From NCBI GenBank assembly GCA_963752045.1, contig CAVVWN010000007.1, forward strand, positions 9,978-73,977: DNA of 64,000 nucleotides, given 5' to 3'. The notes beneath the pieces were generated by a model that saw only the letters and a list, made by a program, of their open reading frames with translations, was not told the origin of the DNA and searched no databases. The translations under genes were made by a program, and so were the position numbers. This document shows, in pieces, positions 24,107-36,392 of this stretch (positions are counted from its first letter, which is position 1; each line of letters begins with the position of its first letter). This DNA is from an uncultured Acidobacteriota bacterium. GTDB taxonomy: Bacteria > Acidobacteriota > Vicinamibacteria > Vicinamibacterales > SCN-69-37.

Positions 24107-26465
24107 CTACTGCACCTGGACCGTGACGCGGTGAATCCTGCCGGTAAACCGGTTGGCGCCCTCCCGGTATTCGGGGGTCACGGGCGTCTCGTTGTCCGTG
24201 CCGACGTCGATGCCCTCGTCGGCGGAGTAGACGAAGGGCATCGTCCTCGGCACGCGGCCCTCGACCGCCGGCTGGCCGTCGACGCTCAGGCGGCTCATGC
24301 CGCCCGAGCCCGGATTGCCGCCGTCGTACGCAAACTCGTAGAGGATCGTGTGACGTCCCGGTGCGAGCGCTGCCGATGAGACGACCGTACGCTCGAGGCC
24401 GCCGAAGTTGTAGACGTGATGGACGCGTCCCGCCTTCATGTAGAGGCTCCAGCCACCGAACCGTCCGGCCTGCGCGATGATGACGCCGTCGGCGCCGCCC
24501 GAGGGCACCTCCACCTCGGCCGTGATCGTGTGCGACTTGCCCTTGATGTTGATGAACGCATTTTCCGCAATGCCGGTCATGCCCTCGTAGAGCGTGAGCG
24601 AGGTGCGCGGGCCCATCAGGTCCGGCCGGCCGGCCAGCGCCGCATCGAAACGCTCCACGCGGCGGTCGTCGAGCGGATACACCTTGTTGCGAATCGCTTC
24701 CGTGTCGAAGACGGCCTGAAGCTCGCGGAGCTTCTCCGGGTTCTCGGCCGCCAGATCCCGGGCCTGGCTGAAGTCCTCCACGACGTTATAGAGCTCCCAG
24801 CGGTCCTCGTCGAAGGACGGAAGCGGCGCCATGAGCCACGGAATGGAATGGCGCGTGGCCGCGACCCAGCCCTCGTGATAGATGGCGCGATTGCCGAACA
24901 TCTCGAAGTACTGCGTCGTGCGGCGCTCGGGCGCCGCCGCATCCGCGAACGTGTAGGCCATCGACACGCCGTCCATCGCCCGCTGCGTCGACGCCGTTCA
25001 CCATCGTCGGCTCGGGCAGGGTCGCCGCCTCGAGCACGGTCGGTGCGATGTCGATCACATGATGGAACTGCGAGCGCACTTCGCCGCGCGCCGTGATGCG
25101 GCTCGGCCAGTGCATCACCATGGCGTTGCGCGTGCCGCCGAAGTGCGAGGCGACCTGTTTGGTCCACTGAAACGGCGTATTGCCGGCATGGGCCCAGCCG
25201 ACCGCGAAGTGGGGGAACGTCTCCGGGCCGCCCCAGTCTTCGAGGTGGGGCAACTGCGACGCGATGTCGCTCACGATGCCGTTGAGCGCGAGGAGCTCGT
25301 TGTAGGTACCGTCGGGCCCGCCCTCCGCACTGGCGCCGTTGTCACCCGCGATGTAGATGACGAGCGTGTTCTCGAGCTCCCCCATGTCGCGGATGGCCCC
25401 GATCAGCCGCCCGATCTCGAAATCGGTGTGCTCGCCGAATCCGGCGAACGTCTCCATCTGCCGGGCGAAGAGCCGCTTCTGATCGTCGGTGAGCGAGTCC
25501 CAGGCCGGGATCTCGGCGGGTCGCTCGGTGAGCGCCGTCCCGGCCGGCACGACGCCGTCGGCAATCTGACGCGCCAGCGTTTCCTCGCGCAGACGGTCCC
25601 ACCCCTCGTCGAACCGGCCCCGGTACTTCTCGATCCACTCCTTCGGCACGTGATGCGGTGCGTGGGTCGCGCCCGTGGCGAAGTAGACGAAGAACGGCTT
25701 GTCGGGCGTCAGCGACTGCTGAAAGCGCACCCACGAGATCGCCTGGTTCGTCATGTCGGTCGTGAAGTGGTATTCGGGGTCGTGGGGCACCTCGACCCGC
25801 GTCACGCCGTCGTAGACCGCGGGAGCCCACTGGTTGGTCTCGCCGCCGATGAAGCCGTAGAACTTGTCGAATCCGGAACGCGTCGGCCAGCGATCGTACG
25901 GACCGGACACCGACGCCTCCCACGGCGCGGTCTCGTGGTACTTGCCGAAGGCCGCCGTGCTGTACCCGTTCTGGCGGAGGATCTCGGCGAGCGGCGTGAC
26001 GCTCGCTGGGCGCACGCCGGTGTTGCCTGGAAACGCCGTCGCCAGCTCCATGATGGCGCCGGCGTTGTTCACATGATGGTTGCGGCCCGTGAGCAGGGCC
26101 GTCCGCGTCGGCGAGCAGAGCGCCGTCGTGTGGAACCGGTTGAAGCGCAGGCCGTTGTCGGCGAGACTCTCGAGCGTCGGTGTGCTGATCGGACCGCCGA
26201 ACGTGCTGCTGTGCCCGAAGCCGAAGTCGTCGACGAGAACGATGACGACGTTCGGCGCGCCAGCCGGCGGGGTCACTTCGAACCGTGGTGGCGCCTGCGC
26301 GTTGCGCGCGTCACGCTCTGTAATCGGCGGGTACTCGGGCTCCTGGATTGGCAGCACCGAGCGGTCGAGACCGCCCGCCGGCGGCGTTTCCACAGTCGGC
26401 CCGCCGCACGACGACACCACGACCGCCGAGAGGGCGATCAGGACACAACTCCGGTACCACTTCAT
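24107..26465 (-). CDS. Arylsulfatase (formylglycine type), lipoprotein; one frame break as given near 24985-25000
   Basis: N-terminal part (ORF 24786..26483; start MKWYRSCVLIALSAVVVSSCGG with lipobox): VVIVLVDDFGFGH and the Cys-type sulfatase motif LCSPTRTALLTGRNHH. C-terminal part (ORF 24107..24976): MDGVSMAYTFADAAAPERRTTQYFEMFGNRAIYHEGW. The downstream frame can be read back to TQRAMDGVSM, so a 1-nt indel sits right after ...EPTMVNG. Confidence 0.82.
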
Positions 26466-26549
26466 GCTGGATCTCCTGAACAAGGCTCAAGAAGGCTACC
26501 ACGAAGATGCAGCCCCCCTGTCTGCTCCTGCCTGGCGACTTCTACTCGC

Positions 26550-28592
26550 CTACCGGCGCGCCGCCGGTTCGTCCCTGGTGGTCCACTTCTCCCACCAGTA
26601 GCGCAGGTAGAGCTGCGTGCGCAGGAAGTTCGAAGGCGTCGACGACGTGCCGTGCCATTCGTTGTTGAAGCGCAGCATCGCCGTGGGCACGCCCACGGCC
26701 TTGAGCGCCTGGTAGAACTCCTCCGTCTGGCCCATGGGCGTGCGCATGTCGAGGACGCCGGTCATGAGCATCGTCGGCGTCTTCACGTTGCCGACGTACA
26801 TGAGCGGCGACCGGCGCAGGTGCTCGCTGGGATCCTCCCAGGGGAACTTCTCGAAGTCCTCGTACCACCGCAGCGGATTTCCGTCCACGTTCCCTACGAA
26901 CGAGATCCAGTTGATGACCGGGCACTGCGACGCCGCCGCCGCGAACCGGTCCGTGTGCCCCACTGTCCACGCCGTGAGGACGCCGCCGCCCGAACACCCG
27001 TAGACGAACATGTTGCGCTCGTCGACGTAGCCTTTGGCGATGACGGTGTCGACGCCCTTCATCAGATCGTCGAAGTCCTTCGACGGGTAGGCGTACTTGA
27101 TCGCGTTCCCGAACTCGCTGCCGTAGCCGGTCGAGCCGCGCGGGTTGGTGTAGAGCACGAGATATCCGTTGGCAGCGTGCTCCTGCCAGGCGAAGTTGAA
27201 GCCGACGCCGTACATCGAGTGCGGTCCGCCGTGAATCGACAGCATCAGCGGGTACTTCTTCGAGGGATCGAAGTCCGGCGGCTTGATGACCCAGCCCTGC
27301 ACCTTGTAGTTGTCCAGCGAGTCGTACCAGATCTCCTCCACCTCGCCGAGCGTGACATGCCCGAGCACGTCGGCGTTCACGTCGGTGAGCTGCCGCACGT
27401 TCGACGGGTTCGCGAGCGAGAACGACACGATGTCGCCGGGCTTGTGGAAGCTCGTGATCGTGCCGACGGCCTGTCCGCTCCGGTTGACGTCACTCAGACT
27501 CACAAGGTGCGTGCCGGTCGTGACCGAACGGATCGGGCCGTCGAGCGGGGCGTAGTGGAGGTTGCGGGTGCCGCTGTCGTCGGCGGCGAAGTAGATGCCG
27601 TTCGAGTCGGGCGACCAGGTGAGGTTGGCGGGCGACCGGTTGAACGTCGCGGTCATGTGCCGCCGGTTACGGCCGTCGATGCCGACCACGTACAGCTCGT
27701 TGTCGATGTAGGTATCGGTCGTGTAGTCGTAGCCGAGGTAGGCGACCCACCGCCCGTCGGGCGAGACCACCGGGCTTCCGTCCGGGCCGCTCCGGTCGCT
27801 CAGTTGCCTGAGCGCGCCCGTCTCGATGTTCAACGCGTAGACGTCGGACTGCCGGTAGTCGCGCTCGGCCCGTTCGCGATTCGTGTCGCGATTGTCCGAG
27901 AAGATCACTTCCTTCCCGTCTGGCGTGAGCGAGAACCCGCCGTAGTTGTACGGGCCGCTCGTGATTTGCCGCTCGGTGCCGCCTTCGGCCGGCACGATGA
28001 AGATGTGGGTATGCGCCTCGTCAACGAACCCGCGCCGGTCGGCGCGGTAGCTCAGGCTCTCGATGATGCGCGGACCCTCCGTCCAGCGCGCGCCTTCGGG
28101 TCGCGCCGGCATCTGGATGGGCCACGACCGACGGTCCGCAATGCTCATCGTGAAGAGAATCGACTTGCCGTCGGGCGTCCACGCGATCTCCGACGGGCCG
28201 TCTTCAAGCCTGGTGATCTGCGACTCGGCGCCCTCGGCGTCCATCCACCGCACGAAGATCTGCGTGCCGCGCGGCTCGCCCTGGCGCGTGAAGGCGATGC
28301 GCGTGCCGTCGGGCGACCACACGGCGCCGGAGCCCTCGGTGAGCATCCGGTTCTTCGACCCGTCGGCGTTCATGATCCACATGTCCGACTGCCGCCGGTC
28401 GTTGACCTTGTCCACCCACCCGCGCGTGTAGATGATCTGGCTGCCGTCGGGCGAGATCTTCGGGTTCGACACCGATTCCATGTCGAAGAACTGTTCGAGC
28501 GTGAGCTTCGTCACGGGCCGGGACTGCGCGTACGCCGCGGTCGGGGCCGCAAGCGCCGCGACAACGCCGAGAACGGTGAGGGTTCGCGTCAT
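26550..28592 (-). CDS. S9-family serine peptidase with N-terminal TolB-like beta-propeller (prolyl oligopeptidase / DPP type)
   Basis: Start MTRTLTVLGVVAALAAPTAAYAQ (signal; GGAGG RBS). Repeated SPDG propeller blades, a catalytic block VYGCSGGGVLTAW (GxSxG), and a C-terminal hydrolase domain. Confidence 0.87.
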   Translation of the reverse strand: MTRTLTVLGVVAALAAPTAAYAQSRPVTKLTLEQFFDMESVSNPKISPDGSQIIYTRGWVDKVNDRRQSDMWIMNADGSKNRMLTEGSGAVWSPDGTRIAFTRQGEPRGTQIFVRWMDAEGAESQITRLEDGPSEIAWTPDGKSILFTMSIADRRSWPIQMPARPEGARWTEGPRIIESLSYRADRRGFVDEAHTHIFIVPAEGGTERQITSGPYNYGGFSLTPDGKEVIFSDNRDTNRERAERDYRQSDVYALNIETGALRQLSDRSGPDGSPVVSPDGRWVAYLGYDYTTDTYIDNELYVVGIDGRNRRHMTATFNRSPANLTWSPDSNGIYFAADDSGTRNLHYAPLDGPIRSVTTGTHLVSLSDVNRSGQAVGTITSFHKPGDIVSFSLANPSNVRQLTDVNADVLGHVTLGEVEEIWYDSLDNYKVQGWVIKPPDFDPSKKYPLMLSIHGGPHSMYGVGFNFAWQEHAANGYLVLYTNPRGSTGYGSEFGNAIKYAYPSKDFDDLMKGVDTVIAKGYVDERNMFVYGCSGGGVLTAWTVGHTDRFAAAASQCPVINWISFVGNVDGNPLRWYEDFEKFPWEDPSEHLRRSPLMYVGNVKTPTMLMTGVLDMRTPMGQTEEFYQALKAVGVPTAMLRFNNEWHGTSSTPSNFLRTQLYLRYWWEKWTTRDEPAARR

Positions 28593-28628
28593 GGGAGCCT
28601 CCAGGGTCCTTGCTGAACGGATGACCGG

Positions 28629-28634
28629 ATTATA
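28629..28634 (-). promoter_or_regulatory. Consensus -10 hexamer (TATAAT on the minus strand), 36 nt upstream of the S9 peptidase ATG
   Basis: Plus strand GGATTATAGCGG; minus strand CCGCTATAATCC. Confidence 0.3.
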
Positions 28635-28653
28635 GCGGCGTACGGCACGCCCG

Positions 28654-30115
28654 TTACGGCCTGCGGACGATCTTGATCGACGAAGTGGCCACCCGGGCCG
28701 CCGTGGCACGCCCGTCAGGACCGACGTCGAAAACGACCAGCTCGCCGCTCGTGCCGCCGCCCCGCATGCGGAACGTGTGCGGTCCGGCCGGCACGAGCGT
28801 GACCCGCCCATTCCATCGAGAGCCGGTCGTGACCATCGTCAGCTCGTTGCCGAGCACGAGAAACTCTGTCTGGGTATCAGGATCATCGGGACGAGCGTAG
28901 ATGCCCACGTAGGCTTGCCAGGCCGGGTCGGCCTTCGGCTCGGGGCGGGGCCGCGCCGTCGCGGCCGCGATAGCCGGCCCGATGGTGCCGAGCACCTCTT
29001 CCAGATAGCTTCCCGGGTCGCCATCGTCGGCATTGGTGAGGACGATGACGGCGAGTCTTCGCGGCTGGGACGATCTGAATCTGCGTCCGGAAACCCGGCG
29101 TGCTGCCGCCGTGACCGACCTGCACCTGGTCATCCACGCGGCGAATGGCGAAGCCGAGCCCCTGCCCGCTCTGCCAGTCCGGGCGAAGCCACTCGACGCG
29201 GTGCATCTCGCGGATGGTGGACCCGCGCAGAATCTGGGCGCCGCCGGCCGGGCCGTTCCGGAACTGCAGCGACGCGAACTTCGCCAGGTCCTCGACCGAC
29301 GTGGCCAGATTGGCCGCCGGCGTCATCCCGGCCCAGTCGGAGAAGCGCTGAACGCGGCGGGGCTTTCCCGGCACGCGTCGCGAGTACGGCGTGGCCAGAC
29401 CGGGCATGTCCGGCGTGGGACGCATCGTGCTCGAGGTCATGCCCAGCGGCTGCAGGATGTGCGCGGCGACGTACTCATCGTACGGCTGCCCGGAGACGGC
29501 GGCGACCACTTCGCCGGCCAGGGCCCACGCGAGGTTGGAGTACTTGAACTCCGTGTCGCGGTCGAGCACGGTCGCCTGCGCGGGCAGCGCATCGATCATC
29601 TGCTGACGGGTTGGCCACCCCACCTCGCCGTCGGGCATGCCGGCCGAGTTGCGCGGCAGCCCGGACGTGTGGGTCATCAGGTGCCGAATCGTGATTGGCG
29701 GGCTGTCGGCGAACGTGTCGCTCACCTTGAACCACGGCAGGTAGCTCACCACCGGGTCGTCGAGGCGGATCTTCCCGGCGTCACGCAGCTGCATGAGCGC
29801 GGTTGCCGTGAAGAGCTTCGAGATCGACGCGACCCGGTAGATCGTCGACGGTGTGGCGGGCCGTTTCGCCTCGACGTCGGCGAACCCGTAGCCGCGCGAC
29901 CAGATGAGATCCTGGTCGTACACGATCCCCACCGAGATGGCAGGCTGCTCGCGCTCGGCCACGGTGTTTGCGAGCCACCGATCGAGCATTTCGAGGCGGG
30001 CCTTGACGTCCGGATGATCGACAAGCGGCTGCTGAGCGGCAGGCAGCCGAGCGGCGAGTGGGTGCGCGAGGAAGAGGGTGACCGCCGCGACGATCGGCGC
30101 GAGAGCGTGGCGCAT
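28654..30115 (-). CDS. Beta-lactamase-family serine hydrolase (class C / PBP4*-like) with extra C-terminal domain; one frame break as given near 29060-29075
   Basis: Start MRHALAPIVAAVTLFLAHPLAA (signal), SxxK motif YRVASISKLF, and YSNLAW. Frame A ends ...GHGGSTPGFRTQIQIVP, and frame B continues ...RRLAVIVLTNADDGDPGSYLEEVL. Homologous proteins read straight through this block. Confidence 0.78.
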
Positions 30116-30145
30116 GACGTGTCCTTTCCTGCTGGTGAAGGTGGG

Positions 30146-30151
30146 ATTATA
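30146..30151 (-). promoter_or_regulatory. Consensus -10 hexamer (TATAAT on the minus strand), 30 nt upstream of the beta-lactamase-family gene
   Basis: Plus strand GGGATTATACGCG; minus strand CGCGTATAATCCC. Confidence 0.3.
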
Positions 30152-30180
30152 CGCGCCTGCCTTCGAGCGCGGGCACTTGC

Positions 30181-32814
30181 TCAACGCCGGTCGAGCGTTT
30201 GCAGCCAGTTGGTGACGAAGTCGAGCGAGCGCGCACCCGGCTCTTCGCGCACGAACAAGAAGTGCTTCCCGTCCGGGCTCAGGCTGTAATGCGGGATCGA
30301 GAGGTTTGGGCCGAACCGGTACTGCTGGTCGAAGAGCAGTCGCGGCGGCGATAGATTGGGGTCGGGGCCGAGCGCGACGTCGACGGCCATCAGGCGCTGG
30401 CCGTCGCGATAGTAGATGTGGCGGCCGTCCGGACTCCACAGCGGATGCAGGCCGCCGCCCGCCGACACCGAGTACCGTCGATCGGCCTGCGGATACGGCG
30501 AGAGATAGACCTGGGCCTCCCCGCCTTCATCAGACGTGTACACCATCCATCGCCCGTCCGGCGAAAACTGGCCCCCGCCTTCGTAGGCCGGCGTCTCGAA
30601 CAGCGACCGCGGGGCCTCGGTGTTGTCAAGGGGGACGACGTAGATGTCGCCGCTCGTCACGGGCGAGATTCTGATGAACGCCAGCGTACGGCCGTCGGGA
30701 GATACCGATGCCGGAAAGTCACTGGAACCCGTTGCGGCCAAGGCCTGCTCCCCGCCGGTGCCATCCGCCTTGATCATCGCGAGTGTCGTCGTGGATCTGA
30801 AGACGATGTGGTCCGGGCCTGCCCACTGGGCGTAGCCGGCACCGGAGGGTGCCAGTTTCGTCAAGGCGCCGCGCGCGAGGTCGAGCGTCCACAGGCCGTC
30901 ACCGCCGGAAAACACGAGGCGCCGCCCGTCGGGCGAGACGCGCGGGTTGGAGTACTCGCGCGAAGGTCCGATCACTGGCGTCTCCGTGCCGTCGCTGGTC
31001 ACCCAGACCAGCCGACCCAGTGACACGGCACTGCCGGCCGCGATCAGATCACCACTGGCCGACACGCTTGCGGCAAACCCGAGATTGGCCGCGAACGTCA
31101 CATCCTCTCGAACCCGGATCGGCGTCTCGGTGACCTGGCCGTCGCGGAGGCGCGCGGCGTAGAGCGCGCCGTCGCGGGCGAGCACCAGGCGGTCGGGAAA
31201 CGCCGCGATGGCCTGATACGCCTCCGGCAACGCCACGAACTGCCGCCCGGTCGAGAGGTCGACGCCGTGGAGCGCGTCGTGACCGTCCGTGGAGGTGCTG
31301 GTATAGAAGACGAAGGCCGAGTCGGTCGACGCGACCGGCAGCCTGTGCGCGATCTCACCGCGGGCCACGTCGAGCGTGGTCAGCGCCCGCGCATCCCCGC
31401 CGGCGGCCGGTATCGCCCAGAGACTGCCCTCGCGACCAAAGACGATCTGGTCATCTGCGCTCCAGGCCAGTCCTGCAACGAAGTCGGCGCGGGTGGCGAG
31501 CCGTTGAGAGGCGGTGCCGTCGACCGACAGCTTCATGAGGTCGCCCGTATTCGACACCTGGGCCACCTGGGCGCCGTCTGGCGACACGGCCAGCGCGCTG
31601 GTCGACGCACTGCCGGGGACCTCTCTCATCTCCCGATCATCGAGCCGCCGAGTGAAGATCTGGCGTACGCCGGCGCGGACGGCGAAGAAGGCCGCGACGG
31701 ATCCATCAGCCGAGAGCCGCGGCACGCCAAAGAACTCGATGTCCGAGGGCATGTTGAGCGACGCGGCGACCAGCCGCGCGTCGCCGTCGCCGCCTCGATC
31801 CCCGAGCGCCACCGCGAACGCCACGAGGAGCAGTCCGGCCACCGACCAGGAGAGCAGCGGCGATGCGAACCAGCGGCGCGATGACGACCCGGAGGAAGCC
31901 CCCGCGTCTTCCGGCGCCGCCTCGTCGTGTCCGGCAATGACCTCGTCGAGCAGAATGCGCGCTTCGCCGATGTCGCGCAGCCGCTGCCGCGGATCCTTCG
32001 TCAGGCATCGCGAGAGAAGCCGACGTATCGACCTGGGCGTCGCGGGCGGCAGTTGCGCAAGGTCCGGCTCGCGCTCGATCACCTTCGCGAGGACATCCGT
32101 GATGTCGTCGCCGGGGAACGCACGCGTGCCCGTGATCATCTCGTAGAGCACGACGCCGAACGCCCAGACGTCGGCCCGCCGGTCTACGGCCTTGCCGCGC
32201 GCCTGCTCGGGCGGCATGTAGGCGGCCGTGCCCATGATCATCCCGAGCTCGGTGGCGCGCGCCGTGAGGGTCGGGGAATTGGCGACGTGTTGGGCGGACT
32301 GCAGTTCAGTCCGCCCTGCGACTTCAGCCTTGCCCAATCCGAAGTCGAGCAGCTTGGCCTGCCCGTCGGGAGTGACCCGGATGTTGGCCGGCTTGAGGTC
32401 ACGATGGATGATGCCGCGCTCGTGCGCCGCCTCGAGCGCGTCGGCGATCTGCCGGCCGATGGCCCACGCCTCGGCAAACGGCAGCGCGGCGGGTGAAGCG
32501 CCGGCCGGGCGCAGCATCTCTTCGAGCGTCCGGCCCTCGACGAGCTCCATCACGATGACCGGGCCGGCGCCAGACTGCTCGAGGCCGTAGATGGACGCGA
32601 TGTGCGGGTGATTGAGCGACGCGAGCAGCTGCGCTTCGCGCTCGAATCGCGCCAGCCGGTCCGGATCCGACGCCACGATCTCCGGCAGGGACTTGATGGC
32701 GACGTCCCGCCGAAGCCGATCGTCGTGCGCCCGATAGACCTGCCCCATGCCCCCCTCGCCGATGAGAGCGGTCAGCTCGTAGGGGCCGATGCGTGTGCCG
32801 GGCGCGAGACTCAT
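30181..32814 (-). CDS. Ser/Thr protein kinase with TM segment and C-terminal TolB-like beta-propeller
   Basis: 877 aa: GPYELTALIGEGGMGQVYRAHD...VAIK, HRDLKPANI, DFGLGK, AYMPPEQ. Then a TM segment (LLSWSVAGLLLVAFAVAL) and repeated SPDG/propeller blades. Confidence 0.88.
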   Translation of the reverse strand: MSLAPGTRIGPYELTALIGEGGMGQVYRAHDDRLRRDVAIKSLPEIVASDPDRLARFEREAQLLASLNHPHIASIYGLEQSGAGPVIVMELVEGRTLEEMLRPAGASPAALPFAEAWAIGRQIADALEAAHERGIIHRDLKPANIRVTPDGQAKLLDFGLGKAEVAGRTELQSAQHVANSPTLTARATELGMIMGTAAYMPPEQARGKAVDRRADVWAFGVVLYEMITGTRAFPGDDITDVLAKVIEREPDLAQLPPATPRSIRRLLSRCLTKDPRQRLRDIGEARILLDEVIAGHDEAAPEDAGASSGSSSRRWFASPLLSWSVAGLLLVAFAVALGDRGGDGDARLVAASLNMPSDIEFFGVPRLSADGSVAAFFAVRAGVRQIFTRRLDDREMREVPGSASTSALAVSPDGAQVAQVSNTGDLMKLSVDGTASQRLATRADFVAGLAWSADDQIVFGREGSLWAIPAAGGDARALTTLDVARGEIAHRLPVASTDSAFVFYTSTSTDGHDALHGVDLSTGRQFVALPEAYQAIAAFPDRLVLARDGALYAARLRDGQVTETPIRVREDVTFAANLGFAASVSASGDLIAAGSAVSLGRLVWVTSDGTETPVIGPSREYSNPRVSPDGRRLVFSGGDGLWTLDLARGALTKLAPSGAGYAQWAGPDHIVFRSTTTLAMIKADGTGGEQALAATGSSDFPASVSPDGRTLAFIRISPVTSGDIYVVPLDNTEAPRSLFETPAYEGGGQFSPDGRWMVYTSDEGGEAQVYLSPYPQADRRYSVSAGGGLHPLWSPDGRHIYYRDGQRLMAVDVALGPDPNLSPPRLLFDQQYRFGPNLSIPHYSLSPDGKHFLFVREEPGARSLDFVTNWLQTLDRR

Positions 32815-32857
32815 GAAGTGGCGAAAGAATACACCAGCCGCTCAGCGGGCCAGCGTC

Positions 32858-32988
32858 AGGGGGACGGGTCTGTTTTCCACAGATTTGCGCAGTTGGGGGC
32901 CAGGTCTCCGTGGGTCTCCGTGGGGCATCTGACCCACGGAGACCTGGCCCCGAACGCGCAAATCTGTGGAAAACAGACCCGTCCCCCT
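32858..32988. repeat. 131-nt near-perfect palindrome (about 58-bp arms) in the divergent region between the two kinase genes
   Basis: AGGGGGACGGGTCTGTTTTCCACAGATTTGCGCAGTTGGGGGCCAGGTCTCCGTGGGTC-loop-GACCCACGGAGACCTGGCCCCGAACGCGCAAATCTGTGGAAAACAGACCCGTCCCCCT. One arm mismatch was seen. It shares the GGGGGACGGGTCT and AGATTTGC modules with the palindrome at 15068-15151. Confidence 0.8.
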
Positions 32989-33022
32989 CTTTCGCGGTAC
33001 CATGCCGGCCTCGGAGGCATGC

Positions 33023-35662
<2,640 letters not shown>

Positions 35663-35673
35663 AGCGCTCCCAC

Positions 35674-36246
35674 TCACATGTGCTCTGCCAGCTTGACCAG
35701 CGCGCGCACGACGGCCATCCGGGCGGCGTCGGGCGACGGCCTGTCGAGCAGCTCCGCGATTTCGGCGTAGCTCAGTTTCAGCTCCACACGAGCCACGACG
35801 GCGGCGCGAGCCTCCGGCTCCAGCTTGGCCAGGGCGGCTTCATAGCGCGCGACCGCCTCGCGCCCGATGGCGGCCTCGAGCGGCGACGTCCCGTCGTCCA
35901 CCATCCCCGAATCGAGCGCGGCGGCGGGCGGCTTGACCGCCGAATTTCGCAAGCGTGTCCGCACCCGGTTGACGAAAGCCTGGCGCAGGTAGGCCTGGAG
36001 CGCGCCTTCGCCGCGGGGTTCGAAGCCCTCCAGATTGCGAAACGCCCCCAGCATCGTCTCCTGGACGAGGTCGACAGTGTCGACCGCGTCACGTGCCCAC
36101 TGGGGCAGCCGCCCGGCGGCCCAGCGGCGAAGCAGCGGCGTGTGCCGGGCAAAGAGCTCATCGAGGGCCTCGCGGTCGCCCGCGCGGGCGCGTTGCAGGA
36201 GGTCCGCCGTCAGGTCGGGCGGATGGGGGACGTCTTCGGGAGCCAT
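35674..36246 (-). CDS. ECF-type RNA polymerase sigma factor (sigma-70 family, regions 2 and 4)
   Basis: LLQRARAGDREALDELFARHTPLLRRWA...DLVQETMLGAFRNLEGFE (region 2) and LSYAEIAELLDRPSPDAARMAVVRALVKLAEHM (region 4 HTH). The start could be 36246 or 36285. Confidence 0.8.
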   Translation of the reverse strand: MAPEDVPHPPDLTADLLQRARAGDREALDELFARHTPLLRRWAAGRLPQWARDAVDTVDLVQETMLGAFRNLEGFEPRGEGALQAYLRQAFVNRVRTRLRNSAVKPPAAALDSGMVDDGTSPLEAAIGREAVARYEAALAKLEPEARAAVVARVELKLSYAEIAELLDRPSPDAARMAVVRALVKLAEHM

Positions 36247-36392
36247 GGGACGGGCCGATCTTAATGCGTTCGGTTCGGCCTCCAACCGAGTTTTGGACAG
36301 GGAGCCGACACCACATCGGGTTGCGCCGTCCTGTCAGGCCGCTTTGGGCCGGCCGGACGCGGCCCCTAACCGAGCTCACAGGAGGCCTTTCT

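Noticed and set aside
25059-28616. 1,185-aa ORF on the plus strand across the sulfatase and S9 peptidase genes
   Set aside because: It is antisense to two genes with unambiguous catalytic motifs (CSPTR, GCSGG). Its composition is dominated by R, V, G, A, D and H with no domains. It is a shadow ORF.
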